Origin: a virus
Lineage: Duplodnaviria; Caudoviricetes
Direction: 5' to 3' (one strand)
IMG/VR virus record: IMGVR_UViG_3300021254_000020
Location: 160,001-224,000 of that record
Length of the DNA stretch: 64,000 bases
The notes beneath the pieces are model-generated. The model saw nothing but the letters and a program-made list of their open reading frames with translations, was not told where the DNA came from and ran no database searches. The position numbers and the translations under genes are program-made. Positions 46,139 through 56,964 of the stretch are shown here, in pieces; the first letter of the stretch is position 1, and each line of letters starts with the position of its first letter.

Positions 46139-46949
46139 TAAGTTTCACTCCTTCTATCATTGGTTTATTCTTTATATGAAAGGCAGGTTGTATTACCTCA
46201 GGACGGATTCCTAATACAGATGACTTATCTTCTCTATAACAAATAGGAGTTAGAGATTGTATTTCATTAGCATAGAATCGTAATGGGAAATAACGTGATT
46301 TTCTATCAGGAATAGATTCCATACTATTTATTACTTCCCTTATCCCCTTGATTTTATTAAATAAAATACAGTTGGATATTCTATCACTCATCTGATTACC
46401 AAATGATGGCTGTCTTATAGATTTGCATCCATTATCCATATCAGTAGCAACTAATCCTAGCTTATCATTCTCATGTGCTGCCTTAAGAGATATATCTTTA
46501 TAGTTATAACTCATCTTTTCTGGATGAGCAGGTTGATATCTAAATCGTAATGGGTAAAAAGAAGTGTATGCCAATAGAGCATTATTGTAACATAAATGTT
46601 TGAAACCATTTGCTGGCTTCAAACCTTTTGGTCTTTTTTCTCCAGACATAAACTGACTCAAGATATCAAGAGTTTCTCCTAAAGCATAAGTAGAATCAGA
46701 GTAGATTATAGCTCCTCTATTCTCTGGAATGGCTGGATTAGTAAAATCAAAAAGAGCCATATTAATGGCAAATGCTTCTGCAAAATTGATTGCCTCGTCC
46801 ACTAATATGTATGACTTGGTTCCAAGAAGCTCATTAGTATCATAATCTATTACAGTAACAGATGAGCATGATACCCATATTGCACCATGCTTTGTATTAG
46901 GTTGATAACTACTAGCATCAGTGGCTATTATATACATCTTTTCATTCAT
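46122..46949 (-). CDS. RNase H-like protein
   Basis: IATDAS, AEAFAI, IYSDST, QPAH, GNQMSD. Confidence 0.75.
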   Translation of the reverse strand: MNEKMYIIATDASSYQPNTKHGAIWVSCSSVTVIDYDTNELLGTKSYILVDEAINFAEAFAINMALFDFTNPAIPENRGAIIYSDSTYALGETLDILSQFMSGEKRPKGLKPANGFKHLCYNNALLAYTSFYPLRFRYQPAHPEKMSYNYKDISLKAAHENDKLGLVATDMDNGCKSIRQPSFGNQMSDRISNCILFNKIKGIREVINSMESIPDRKSRYFPLRFYANEIQSLTPICYREDKSSVLGIRPEVIQPAFHIKNKPMIEGVKLNGNPL

Positions 46950-47067
46950 TTATTGTAATCCTCCCTATAGTCTCATTATCATAAATATAGTATATGATTG
47001 ACAAAAAAATTACCACTGCTCCATAGAGAAGCAGTGGCTATGGCTTATTTTAAGGTCTTTTTGTATC

Positions 47068-47679
47068 TCATTTTTTAAATATCTTAGGATCTACCTTTAA
47101 TGGGAAAGATCTAATCTTCCCATTAATATCATACTGGTTAGCAGAGCAGAGAACTAGTACCTTATATACTTTCTTCTCATCAAACACTATCCAGCAAATA
47201 TATTTATTATCAAGATATACAGGCAAGAAGTATCTAGTAGTCCAGTCTTTAAAGTATTCTAGATTTACTGCTTTGACCTTCATATATACTAGATAGAACA
47301 AGAGTAGATCCTCTCTAGATGATCTCTCATCTTTAGCAAGTTCTTCTTTATATTTCAAAAGAAGATCTCCACCATTAGCAGCCCAGTTACGATCCATGAG
47401 TCTCATAGTATCATCAAACCTAGGAAGATCTAATGGTTGGAAGATATGATTACTCTTAATCCTCTCTTCTACTGCATCTCTCATTGCATCTATCTGCTTA
47501 TCTCCTAGAGTATAGTAGTTCAAGAACTCACTAATAACTCTATGGAACTTGTCTTGATATGCTTCAAAGTCACCCTTCTTATTACTACTAATAAAGTCTT
47601 TGAAGTTCTTTATAGTATATCCAAGGGATTCATTCACCGATACAGTATTCGGGTCTGAAAATGAGCTTAGATAACTCAT
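47068..47679 (-). CDS. hypothetical (possibly virion) protein
   Basis: End of a late operon. Confidence 0.6.
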   Translation of the reverse strand: MSYLSSFSDPNTVSVNESLGYTIKNFKDFISSNKKGDFEAYQDKFHRVISEFLNYYTLGDKQIDAMRDAVEERIKSNHIFQPLDLPRFDDTMRLMDRNWAANGGDLLLKYKEELAKDERSSREDLLLFYLVYMKVKAVNLEYFKDWTTRYFLPVYLDNKYICWIVFDEKKVYKVLVLCSANQYDINGKIRSFPLKVDPKIFKK

Positions 47680-47690
47680 CTCTATACCTC

Positions 47691-50378
47691 CTATTCTACT
47701 ACATTGAATGTTATATCCGGATCACCAGTAGTCAGAGTATGCACATTAATAAACTCAGGCACTGTCTGAGTATAAGCGAAGTAATCATTCTTCAATACTG
47801 GATTCTGATAAATAGACTGCCAGAGAATATTGGAATAACTGTTAAGACCAATAAACTTAATATACTCAATAGAATCAGTGTATAGATTCTTTACGTACGT
47901 AATCAGGTTAGGCATATGGAGAGCCTTATCTGTAGAGTTGAAATCCTCAATGTATGCTTTAATAACCTGAATAATCTCAGGAATGAGCACAACTTCGTTT
48001 CTAGTAGCAAACTTGATTTCAAACTTGAGACTAATATTAACCCTATCAATGTTTTCATATTTATCAATATTCCAACTAGAGGAGGGTCCATAAGTATTAT
48101 ATAGTTTGAAATTGATACCAAAAGAATCTTCTAGTAAATACAAAGACTCTTGAATGTATCTACGTCTATAATCTACTAGATAGAAGAATGTTTGTACCTT
48201 ATCTTCACTATCTAACCAAAGAGTACGAACAACAGGAATGCTGTGGATATTGTATACGAACTTACTCTTGTTTCTATTCAGTTGGATATAAGACGTCATA
48301 AGATCAGTATAATCATAGAAGAAATCAATACCAGTAGTAGTTGCTTCATAGATATTAGTCAGAGTATATCCTTCTAATCCAGGAACTAGATCATCTACAC
48401 TATACTGACTCTTATCTCCATACTTTCTTCCATGTTCAGCATCCTCTTTTACGAGGATAAACAATTTAGCAGGCATATTAGCCATGAGATAGCTAGGAGT
48501 CTCATCAGTAGTACCTATATTATATAGACCAGAATTAAACATCATATGAGTTGTACGACCACCCATTACATTGCTAGTAGTAATAACAAAATCAAAGAGA
48601 TATGTAGATGTATTAGCGTCATACTCTATTAGGTTTCCTACAATATAACGGTATTCGTACATGTCTCTATCTTCATCACTATTATAGAGAACTATGATTG
48701 GTTTAATGGCACATTCAATCAATTCACCACTCTCATCGAAAGTCAAGATATCATAATCAGTTTCTATATTTTGAGCCATAGCTATCTGAATATGGAGTTC
48801 TCCTTTCTCATTATCAAAGTAGTTTCTATATACTCTCATATTATCTACAACGAACTGTAAGTCAGACTCCTCATTGATATAATCAAAGAATAGAGTGCGA
48901 GTATAGTTGACGAAGATATTATAGTATGATAGATAGAATGGATTCTTATTAATCACCATTAGATATGGACAAGTATAGACAAACCCATGCTTGTTCTCCA
49001 ATCTCTCATAATCCGTTTCCTCATCAGTTATAGGAACTGCATATTCACTGCCAGCCGCTAAATGGAATGGTATACCAGGGCTGATAACATAATTATCTTT
49101 GCTAGTAGAAGTAAATATATTACTATCAACTTGAACGTCTATAGTGTTGGTTGGGATTACATTACCATCCATCTTCATCAATAGGTATGAGAAGAAGATA
49201 TGCTCAATCTGATTGTATACTCGTTCTAATACTGTCATCTTACAATCTTCAGTCTGAATGATATTGAAGAAAGTCATTAGATCTGTATAAGTAGAGTAAG
49301 ATCCTCTTGCCAATGCTTCTCTAGGAATGAGTTGTTTTAGTTGTTCTAGATTAGCCCTATCTTCACCATACATAGATGATGAATTAGTGATAACCGATAC
49401 ATAAAATCCATTATATGTAAATCTATCACTAGTAAGAATTCTAAGTACCTGAACTGGTGAGGTGAGTTCATAGTTGCAAGTGGTTCCTAGAGTAGTATAT
49501 ACATGAATCTCTATTTCAGAATTATATCTAGGCTGATAGGAAGATTTATTGAACTTAAGTCTTATATTCTTCTCATCAATATATGTGTAATTAATAAACT
49601 CATCATCAGATTGGTAATCATATAATCCTTCATAAATAGGCTTTAAAACGTGTTCTACGATATTACCATCATTATCAGTCTCTTTTACTTTCACGTAGAA
49701 ATATGCTAGTTGATCCTCAAAAGAGAAACTCATAGTCTTAGTTTGAATAATATTATCACTAGCATATGAATCATAAAGGATTGTATGAGAGAGCTGTCTC
49801 AATGTAGTTTTAATACTAATAAGACGTTGGTTATTGGATTGAATAGTTCCAAGAGATGGTAAATAAGGATTAGTTTTAGAAGCGTATGGATTAGTATCAT
49901 CTAATTCATACATAGCCGTATATACTATCTTACCATTAGGAAGTATATTCCTCTTGATAGTAATATCATAATCTAAACGATATGGATATTCATTCCTATC
50001 ACCGATCAAGAATGTATAATCCTTATCTATCGTAACCTTATCATCTACCATATTTTGAATAAGGTTCTCTTCTGGGAAAGCTAGTATTACATCAAGCTGG
50101 GCTGGTGTAGCAGTAATCTTATTTATACCAAGAGCCAATGCATGAGATATTACATTCCTCTCATACTTAGCTTTAGTAGGAATAGCCTCTAGACTGTATT
50201 CACTAGCCATTATTGCAGTATTTTGAGTTAGGTTAGATAGTACAGAACTAAGATAACCATATACACCAAGATATAGAGTATCTTCAGATATATCTATATA
50301 TTTCTGTTTTATTGCCTCTAAAAAATTGGAGACTTGAAATATGTCTTGAGACAAGACATTGGTTGTTTCTGAAGCCAT
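47691..50378 (-). CDS. putative baseplate wedge protein
   Basis: 895 aa; PTKAKYERNVISHA..LG...ATPA and SMYGEDR..LEQLK..IP resemble baseplate J/gp6-like patterns. Confidence 0.6.
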   Translation of the reverse strand: MASETTNVLSQDIFQVSNFLEAIKQKYIDISEDTLYLGVYGYLSSVLSNLTQNTAIMASEYSLEAIPTKAKYERNVISHALALGINKITATPAQLDVILAFPEENLIQNMVDDKVTIDKDYTFLIGDRNEYPYRLDYDITIKRNILPNGKIVYTAMYELDDTNPYASKTNPYLPSLGTIQSNNQRLISIKTTLRQLSHTILYDSYASDNIIQTKTMSFSFEDQLAYFYVKVKETDNDGNIVEHVLKPIYEGLYDYQSDDEFINYTYIDEKNIRLKFNKSSYQPRYNSEIEIHVYTTLGTTCNYELTSPVQVLRILTSDRFTYNGFYVSVITNSSSMYGEDRANLEQLKQLIPREALARGSYSTYTDLMTFFNIIQTEDCKMTVLERVYNQIEHIFFSYLLMKMDGNVIPTNTIDVQVDSNIFTSTSKDNYVISPGIPFHLAAGSEYAVPITDEETDYERLENKHGFVYTCPYLMVINKNPFYLSYYNIFVNYTRTLFFDYINEESDLQFVVDNMRVYRNYFDNEKGELHIQIAMAQNIETDYDILTFDESGELIECAIKPIIVLYNSDEDRDMYEYRYIVGNLIEYDANTSTYLFDFVITTSNVMGGRTTHMMFNSGLYNIGTTDETPSYLMANMPAKLFILVKEDAEHGRKYGDKSQYSVDDLVPGLEGYTLTNIYEATTTGIDFFYDYTDLMTSYIQLNRNKSKFVYNIHSIPVVRTLWLDSEDKVQTFFYLVDYRRRYIQESLYLLEDSFGINFKLYNTYGPSSSWNIDKYENIDRVNISLKFEIKFATRNEVVLIPEIIQVIKAYIEDFNSTDKALHMPNLITYVKNLYTDSIEYIKFIGLNSYSNILWQSIYQNPVLKNDYFAYTQTVPEFINVHTLTTGDPDITFNVVE

Positions 50379-50389
50379 ATCAAAACCTC

Positions 50390-51649
50390 CTAGTTAGTTT
50401 TAGTTGTGGTTGCAGACTGAGTATTTGCTGTAGCTGTTGGGATCGGTACCCACAATAATTTGAATTGTCTAAACTGACCATATCTATTGGCTCCTGTTTC
50501 ATTATTACTATCAGCCTTATCGTAATATATGAATGGATAGTCCATCAGTTCTTGAGATACCATCCCTATTTCATCATCCCATAAAGCAGCAGCATTGTTA
50601 CCCTTCCATGGTTGAGAACCTATCCAAGCCTCTATAAGAGTATTGAAGTCAGCTACTATATTAGGAGTAGAGTCTTCAAGCCAACCAGATACTTTAAATC
50701 CTACAGTTATTTTAAGAGGACCTTTATCTTGAATCTCACTAAATGATGATCTGGATATACTCTTAGGATATACACCTATTGCTTTACTCATATACAAAAT
50801 AGTGTTACCATCGGTAGATACTAAGAACTTATATACAGAAATGTGGTCATAGAGAATCTTATAATAACAATAGTCAGCATAATGAGCATAAGGGATATTA
50901 TTAATCTCAGAAATGTTTGATCCTGGACCTAGCATTCCTAGCCATTTGAGTTGTCTATAATAATCCCAAGTTTTGAATAAATGATAGATCTCTAAATATT
51001 TAGTATCCTCAAATTCAATAGAAAAATCCACATTCTCATCACTAGACATAGAACTCTTTGGATAAAAAATCTTAGACCCAAACATGTTTACTGCCGTTTC
51101 CATCTCTTCTACGTTAATATCAGGCATATCCATATTAGAGGTCTTTCTATTTGAAAGTATTCTCATAAATGGACAGCCATCTATACCAACGGCTGGATTG
51201 GCATTACCATAGGCAGAGCATAGATTCCAAAATACACTCTTTCTATATCCAGGAGAATCTGCTAAATTATTGAAATAAGATACTTTTTTAGCATCCGGTA
51301 ATAAATCACCTTTATCATCTAATAAAGGTAGATCTGGTTTGGTGAAGAATAAATATTCTCTTGCTCCATCTACATAATTAAATGGGTCATTTCTAGGAAA
51401 TCTATAGAATCCCCTATTAAAGTCCATATCTCTAGGTTCAAATATACCATTAGCTCTTAATGTTCTTCTCAATAATGAATCAGACTTATCTAGATCTTCT
51501 ATTAGTTTATTCTTATCAGTATCTTTTTTGCCACCATCAGCTCCATCAGTAATAGTAGATGTATATGGAGATTTGAACTCAGCTGGTCCGTCTAAGACTT
51601 CTGAGACATTCCCATTTTTATCATACATAAGAGATGCCATTAATTCCAT
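50390..51649 (-). CDS. putative virion structural protein (tail tube/baseplate-like)
   Basis: REYLFFTKPDL, FSIEFED, GVYPKSI; late-type motif. Confidence 0.55.
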   Translation of the reverse strand: MELMASLMYDKNGNVSEVLDGPAEFKSPYTSTITDGADGGKKDTDKNKLIEDLDKSDSLLRRTLRANGIFEPRDMDFNRGFYRFPRNDPFNYVDGAREYLFFTKPDLPLLDDKGDLLPDAKKVSYFNNLADSPGYRKSVFWNLCSAYGNANPAVGIDGCPFMRILSNRKTSNMDMPDINVEEMETAVNMFGSKIFYPKSSMSSDENVDFSIEFEDTKYLEIYHLFKTWDYYRQLKWLGMLGPGSNISEINNIPYAHYADYCYYKILYDHISVYKFLVSTDGNTILYMSKAIGVYPKSISRSSFSEIQDKGPLKITVGFKVSGWLEDSTPNIVADFNTLIEAWIGSQPWKGNNAAALWDDEIGMVSQELMDYPFIYYDKADSNNETGANRYGQFRQFKLLWVPIPTATANTQSATTTKTN

Positions 51650-51783
51650 CTCCTTTCTTATTCGATTACCACGATGTCTCGGATTGCATTTTTAAGCCTA
51701 CCTCCTATAATAAATAGCTGGTAAGACATCCACATAATGTCCCTAAACGGATAGAGCTAAAAAATATAGAGGAGGAATATACT

Positions 51784-53208
51784 ATGCAGCAGGACTTCAG
51801 AACTGTTCATGAAGCAGGTCTATTACAAGATATTCTAAGTCTGATGTCTGGGTCTGAAATTCCATATATCTCTGATATCGGGAATAGGATCCTCGGTAGA
51901 AAATCCGATAATATAAATATCAGTCGGAATATCGCTAAAAGTGCTTCTGCTCTTACTGCTACTTTCCCAGTTATCGTAACTGAGGCAACTGAATTGGAAC
52001 ATGCAGTAATGGTTAGTAAAGCTATTGAAAGAAAGGCAGTAGAGATGTTGCGTATGCTCTTCGCTGCTAATCAAATTACTAACGTGACTGGAGCGCAGGA
52101 TTATCTCAATAAATTCCATAATAATATCGACACTGGTATCGATTATAGTAAGATGGATGTAGATGATGTTATTGATGTAATGAATAACTTCACCGAAGCT
52201 ACTGACTCCGTTCATGATGCTGCTATAGCTGAGGCTATTAAAGCAGTATGTGAGGATACTAAGAATAATATCCATCATGTACTTGAGACCGGTATTAGAC
52301 AGACTAGCATTCGAGACTTCCGAGTTCGTGGAAGTCTGCAAGAAGCGGATGTTTGGAATGGAGAAGGCAGTGTACTCAACGAGTATGAGGTAGGTTCCAA
52401 TCAAAGAACAAGTACTAGAATGGAATGGCGTGGCGGTAGAAATCCGAGTATCTTTAATACTAGTCATAGCCGTACTGTAGAAGAGATCGATCCGAATGAT
52501 CCAGATAGGATGCAGAAGGCATACGAAATCATGAACAAGTCAGTTATTAAGACTGACGTTCAGAAAGCTAATGAAGCTGTTCCTAGTATGGTTATCATCA
52601 ATTTCGTATCTACTCTTGAGGGTGGACGTACAGTAAGCAGCTCAGCAGTTATTGGAGTAAAGGCAGTTCTTCATTATGTATCTAGTGAAGATATGGTTAA
52701 TCGTATCATCTTGAAGAATGGTGATAAGAGTGGTTTGTTCAATCTTATTCGTGCCACCACTAGAGAGATTAGCTTCTTCAAAGACTTCTTATTCGCAGTT
52801 AAGAGAGCTAAGATTGATGCTATTGCCAAATCTGGTAGAGGTAGTAATAGCAAGATCTGGAAAGTCTTGGAATTGAGAGCTCATAAGAGTGATCTTAACC
52901 GTGCTAGTGGTAAGAACAATACTGATTGTGCAGCTATCACTAGTATTATTATCTCTAAGGCAGAGGTAGAATTGATTAAGAAAGAACACCGTATTGATCT
53001 GATGAAGGTTGGTACTCTCATTGGTATCATGCGTGGATATAATTTGATGTGTGCGGTTATTGTTGATGACGTAGCTGAACGTGTAGACTTCTTGTATGAT
53101 GATGGCGAGAAACAGTTCGAAACTCTGTCATTCATGAGTCTTGAGAGAGAAGATTCTAATGGTCAGCTTAAGAAAGTTATCAATGTTCTAGCCGCTCGGG
53201 GGAGGTAA
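51784..53208 (+). CDS. putative virion (head) structural protein
   Basis: Late operon; 474 aa. Confidence 0.55.
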   Translation: MQQDFRTVHEAGLLQDILSLMSGSEIPYISDIGNRILGRKSDNINISRNIAKSASALTATFPVIVTEATELEHAVMVSKAIERKAVEMLRMLFAANQITNVTGAQDYLNKFHNNIDTGIDYSKMDVDDVIDVMNNFTEATDSVHDAAIAEAIKAVCEDTKNNIHHVLETGIRQTSIRDFRVRGSLQEADVWNGEGSVLNEYEVGSNQRTSTRMEWRGGRNPSIFNTSHSRTVEEIDPNDPDRMQKAYEIMNKSVIKTDVQKANEAVPSMVIINFVSTLEGGRTVSSSAVIGVKAVLHYVSSEDMVNRIILKNGDKSGLFNLIRATTREISFFKDFLFAVKRAKIDAIAKSGRGSNSKIWKVLELRAHKSDLNRASGKNNTDCAAITSIIISKAEVELIKKEHRIDLMKVGTLIGIMRGYNLMCAVIVDDVAERVDFLYDDGEKQFETLSFMSLEREDSNGQLKKVINVLAARGR

Positions 53209-53213
53209 ATATT

Positions 53214-54404
53214 ATGCCATTTACTAGCATCACAGACCCGAAAGACTTTGTATTGAAAACTAAATTGAATGAGTCTGAAGCATTGGCTAATGATAGTATC
53301 AATACTCCAGTTCCTGATTCTAATAAACCTGATACTGATACAAAAGAGAAACCGTTGATCATCAACCAGTATGATCCTAACGCTAAGAAAAACATTCGTA
53401 TGAATGAAGCTACTAAAAAATTGATCTGGGAATATATGGATATGACTGATATTCCTACAGTCAATACTGTATGTGCTATGAATGAGGCTGAACATAACAC
53501 TATGCTGGTTAGCCTTACTAATAAGCTATACGAGATGATTGTAGACAAGGTCGATTCAATTGATTTCGGTGAGATTCCTCAGACTAAGGGCGATATTTCT
53601 AAGTTGAGTAAATTTGAACAGCTCAATGAATGTCATAGAGTACTGCGGGAAATCTTTGAACAATACCATGAGAATACTAAACCTATCTTGGAACTAGAAA
53701 ATGCAGTTACCAATATTGAGAGCATGAAAGATATCTTTATTGGGGCTTATCTCTGTAAAGCTAACTTCCCTATAACTGTATATCAGACTATGACTCTTGC
53801 TGTTCTTAATGCTACTAGCTTTATGATCGCTAGCTGCATTGAATACATTAAGAATCCTAAGGCTGAAGGGCTTACTATTGTTCTTAATAAAACTGGTGTG
53901 GCTAAGGCTAAAGACCATCTTGTATATGAGACATTGGTTGACTTCAATGAAGCTTGCCGTAAGGGTGATGTACAAAACGCATTGAAGCCGTTTGTTCAGC
54001 ATAAGATTCGTGGCTTTGCTATGACAGCTGCTCTTGGTATCAAAGCAGTACTGGTTATTGGTGCAGTAGTTTTGGCTATTCTTCCGATGATTAAAGACTT
54101 GGTATATTTCTACTACAGTGCTCGTGCTAGAGTATCTCAGTACTTTGATATTCAAGCTAAGCTGCTGGAGATGAATGCTCAGGAACTCAAAGATAATCCT
54201 GATATTCAGACGGTGGATGATCGTAAATCGGTTATTAGTCGTCAGCTCAGTATTGCTAGAAACTTCCATGACCTTGCTAACTTCATTGGAGTAGACGCTA
54301 AGACTAGTGAAGTTAAAGCAACTAAAGAGATCAAGAATGATTCTCGTAAATATAAGATCGATGATGTAGAGACTAATCCATCTACAGATGGTCCCCTATT
54401 CTAA
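53214..54404 (+). CDS. putative virion structural protein
   Basis: Late operon; hydrophobic C-terminal segment. Confidence 0.55.
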   Translation: MPFTSITDPKDFVLKTKLNESEALANDSINTPVPDSNKPDTDTKEKPLIINQYDPNAKKNIRMNEATKKLIWEYMDMTDIPTVNTVCAMNEAEHNTMLVSLTNKLYEMIVDKVDSIDFGEIPQTKGDISKLSKFEQLNECHRVLREIFEQYHENTKPILELENAVTNIESMKDIFIGAYLCKANFPITVYQTMTLAVLNATSFMIASCIEYIKNPKAEGLTIVLNKTGVAKAKDHLVYETLVDFNEACRKGDVQNALKPFVQHKIRGFAMTAALGIKAVLVIGAVVLAILPMIKDLVYFYYSARARVSQYFDIQAKLLEMNAQELKDNPDIQTVDDRKSVISRQLSIARNFHDLANFIGVDAKTSEVKATKEIKNDSRKYKIDDVETNPSTDGPLF

Positions 54405-54419
54405 GAAGGAGGGTATACA

Positions 54420-55535
54420 ATGATTATGGATTTAAATTCTCCCTCTAATGCAAGTCTAATTTTGGAGAAACTGAAAGAGGAAGAAGCAATTCAGTTATAT
54501 CCTAAACAGAAACCTCTTACTGAGGCTGAAGAATATATCAAAAATATGCAGGAACTCTATGAAAGCACTCAGAAAGGTATCGATGCTAATAATGAATATA
54601 ATCGCAATATCGAAGTAGCTAAAGAGGCTACTAAAGCAGAACTGCTAACTGCTGGCCTGTATAATACCTTTGTAGAACCTGTATGTGAGTCTCTTTTGGC
54701 TACCAGTCGTGAAAAAGATGTAGCCTATAACATTATTAGAGATATGGTTCAAGAAGAGGGTACTGATAATCTGCTATACAAGATGAGATATACCAATCAG
54801 TATCTTGCTGAAGCAGCGCATAGATTGGATCTCATGTATGACTCCTATTGTGAAGGAGTAGAATGTAAGATCAAAGAAGGATTGTCTGAAAAGGACGTTT
54901 GTGATATTGAAGATAAAGATATCAAAAAATATATCGACGACTGCAAAGATAACTCTAATAAGGATCTTACTAATATAATCTTCCGCAGAGTTGAAGGAGC
55001 TGTATCTGACTTCATTGATGATAAGAAGAAATCACAGTTCCGTATCAAACAGATCTATGATGATGCTAAAAAGAAGATTGAAGATTACAATCAGGCTAGC
55101 AATGCTGTAAACGCAGTTAAGCAGACTGATGGTGAAACGATGGACGGTATGGATCCTGATGCAATGGCTGGTGATACTCTGAATGCTAAATTGGATAACC
55201 AGCAGAATCAGGAGATTGTAGGTGCTGGCATGACTCCCGCTCAGGAAGCTATGGCTTGGGCTAAGGGTCAAGAGAGTGATATCTTAGATGAGCACTATAA
55301 TGTGTTCGATGCTATGGTACGTGTGTTGGTAGAATCCACCCATCGTAATGACAAGATCAAATCGCAATACATTAATGAATCAAATAAATTGAACTTCAAT
55401 AAGATTATCGGAGACGTCCGTGGTATGTATACTGTATTGGAAGCATTCAATACTGTATGTCTCATTGATGCCAACGAGGATTATGTGAAGAATATGATTC
55501 ATGAAATGTATGAAAATGCAAAATCCTCTATATAA
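54420..55535 (+). CDS. putative virion structural protein
   Basis: Late operon; acidic helical. Confidence 0.55.
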   Translation: MIMDLNSPSNASLILEKLKEEEAIQLYPKQKPLTEAEEYIKNMQELYESTQKGIDANNEYNRNIEVAKEATKAELLTAGLYNTFVEPVCESLLATSREKDVAYNIIRDMVQEEGTDNLLYKMRYTNQYLAEAAHRLDLMYDSYCEGVECKIKEGLSEKDVCDIEDKDIKKYIDDCKDNSNKDLTNIIFRRVEGAVSDFIDDKKKSQFRIKQIYDDAKKKIEDYNQASNAVNAVKQTDGETMDGMDPDAMAGDTLNAKLDNQQNQEIVGAGMTPAQEAMAWAKGQESDILDEHYNVFDAMVRVLVESTHRNDKIKSQYINESNKLNFNKIIGDVRGMYTVLEAFNTVCLIDANEDYVKNMIHEMYENAKSSI

Positions 55536-55685
55536 GCTCTAAAAAGGGTTGGCGTGTGTAGGAACACACGCCACTCTATTTTGTATGTAATTTACAAAAA
55601 ATAAAGGATCTAATTCAAGCTCACTCCCTATAATTAAAAAAGAGATACCCCAATAAGGGGTATCTCTAAAATGCTGGATAAATTC

Positions 55686-56648
55686 TTATCCACGAAGAGC
55701 CTCAACAACTTCGCCGAGAGCTGCTGCATCTTCTTCGTTGAATTCGGGATCTCCGCCAAGAGTTTTCTTCCATACCCATTTACCACCGACAAACAACAGT
55801 ACGCCAGTTCCTGCTGCTGCTGCCAAGCTCGTTTTCGGATGCTGGAACATCCACAGCTTCATGCTGTCAGTCCAACCAAACTGACCATTCTGATTCGGCT
55901 GTATACCCATCATCATAGCTGCCTGATTCGCCAGCTGCTGTCCAGTTACCTGAGCCTGAGGCTGAACTACCTGCTGATTGATCGGCTGCTGCGGAATGGT
56001 CTGCTGTTGTGCCTGGGGCTGAGGCTGCTGAACTGCCTGCTGTACCGGCTGCTGATACTGACCCATCATCTGTGCTGCTGCATTGTTATTCATTTCCATG
56101 ATATATCTCTCCTTTACTTTCTGACCTAAGTCGGTCACCTTCTGAAATAAACTTCTGTTTTGTTCCATTTGAGGAACCTCCCCATTTGCCATTCTTGGTA
56201 ACAGACGTGCATCATAGGAGGGGAACCTATTCTGCATATCTACTAACTGTTCCCATCTAATGTATCTTTCAATATCTATAGGATGTGCTCCCATAGGTAA
56301 TGAAGGATCATAGTCAGGAACCATAATTGGTGGTATTTGGATACCTTTTTGCTGTGCTGCTGAAAGTACCCAAGCTACCTTTTGACGAGCTTGCTCTGCA
56401 AGTTCTGGTGTCCATTGAGGAAGGCTACCAATAGGTACTCTGGTTACCACATCCATCAATGGACCTTTGTACACACCTTGGTTTTTCAATTCAGCTAATC
56501 CCTCCTCAATACTATTTGGTTGAGTTACTGTAGTATAGTACCACGGAACTATTCCCGCATACTTAAATACATTCTCCCAACCATGCATGGATGACTGTCC
56601 AGCTGTCGCAGTCATATGTGGGACAGCTTCGTAGTTTTTACTCATCAT
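55686..56648 (-). CDS. Q-rich protein with C-terminal TM helix
   Basis: Own early-type motif, leader hairpin and terminator. Confidence 0.75.
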   Translation of the reverse strand: MMSKNYEAVPHMTATAGQSSMHGWENVFKYAGIVPWYYTTVTQPNSIEEGLAELKNQGVYKGPLMDVVTRVPIGSLPQWTPELAEQARQKVAWVLSAAQQKGIQIPPIMVPDYDPSLPMGAHPIDIERYIRWEQLVDMQNRFPSYDARLLPRMANGEVPQMEQNRSLFQKVTDLGQKVKERYIMEMNNNAAAQMMGQYQQPVQQAVQQPQPQAQQQTIPQQPINQQVVQPQAQVTGQQLANQAAMMMGIQPNQNGQFGWTDSMKLWMFQHPKTSLAAAAGTGVLLFVGGKWVWKKTLGGDPEFNEEDAAALGEVVEALRG

Positions 56649-56759
56649 TATACCTCCTTTCTTCTATGAGTAAAAAATCCAAGGTTAAAATGGTCGAATA
56701 GAAGCATTCCTGCTTCTATTCACTTCTATAATATACAATCATATTTTCGTTTACCAAGC

Positions 56760-56890
56760 AAAAAATTAAGTAGGTAATAACACGGCAATATTATTTCTCT
56801 ACTTAATTCTTTCGTTGATAAGGTTAGCCTAGATACCAAAATATAATATTTAATTTAATGAGGTTCCCTATTCCTCGTATCCTTATCATT
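56760..56890 (-). ncRNA. candidate early small RNA
   Basis: Early-type motif at 56894-56903; stems 56881-56888/56816-56823 and 56799-56808/56764-56773 followed by a U-tract; no ORF. Confidence 0.45.
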
Positions 56891-56964
56891 ATTATAGTAT
56901 ATAGCTGTAATTTGCTTTACAAAAAAATACCTCCCAAGTGGGAGGCAAATTATTATTATCACAA

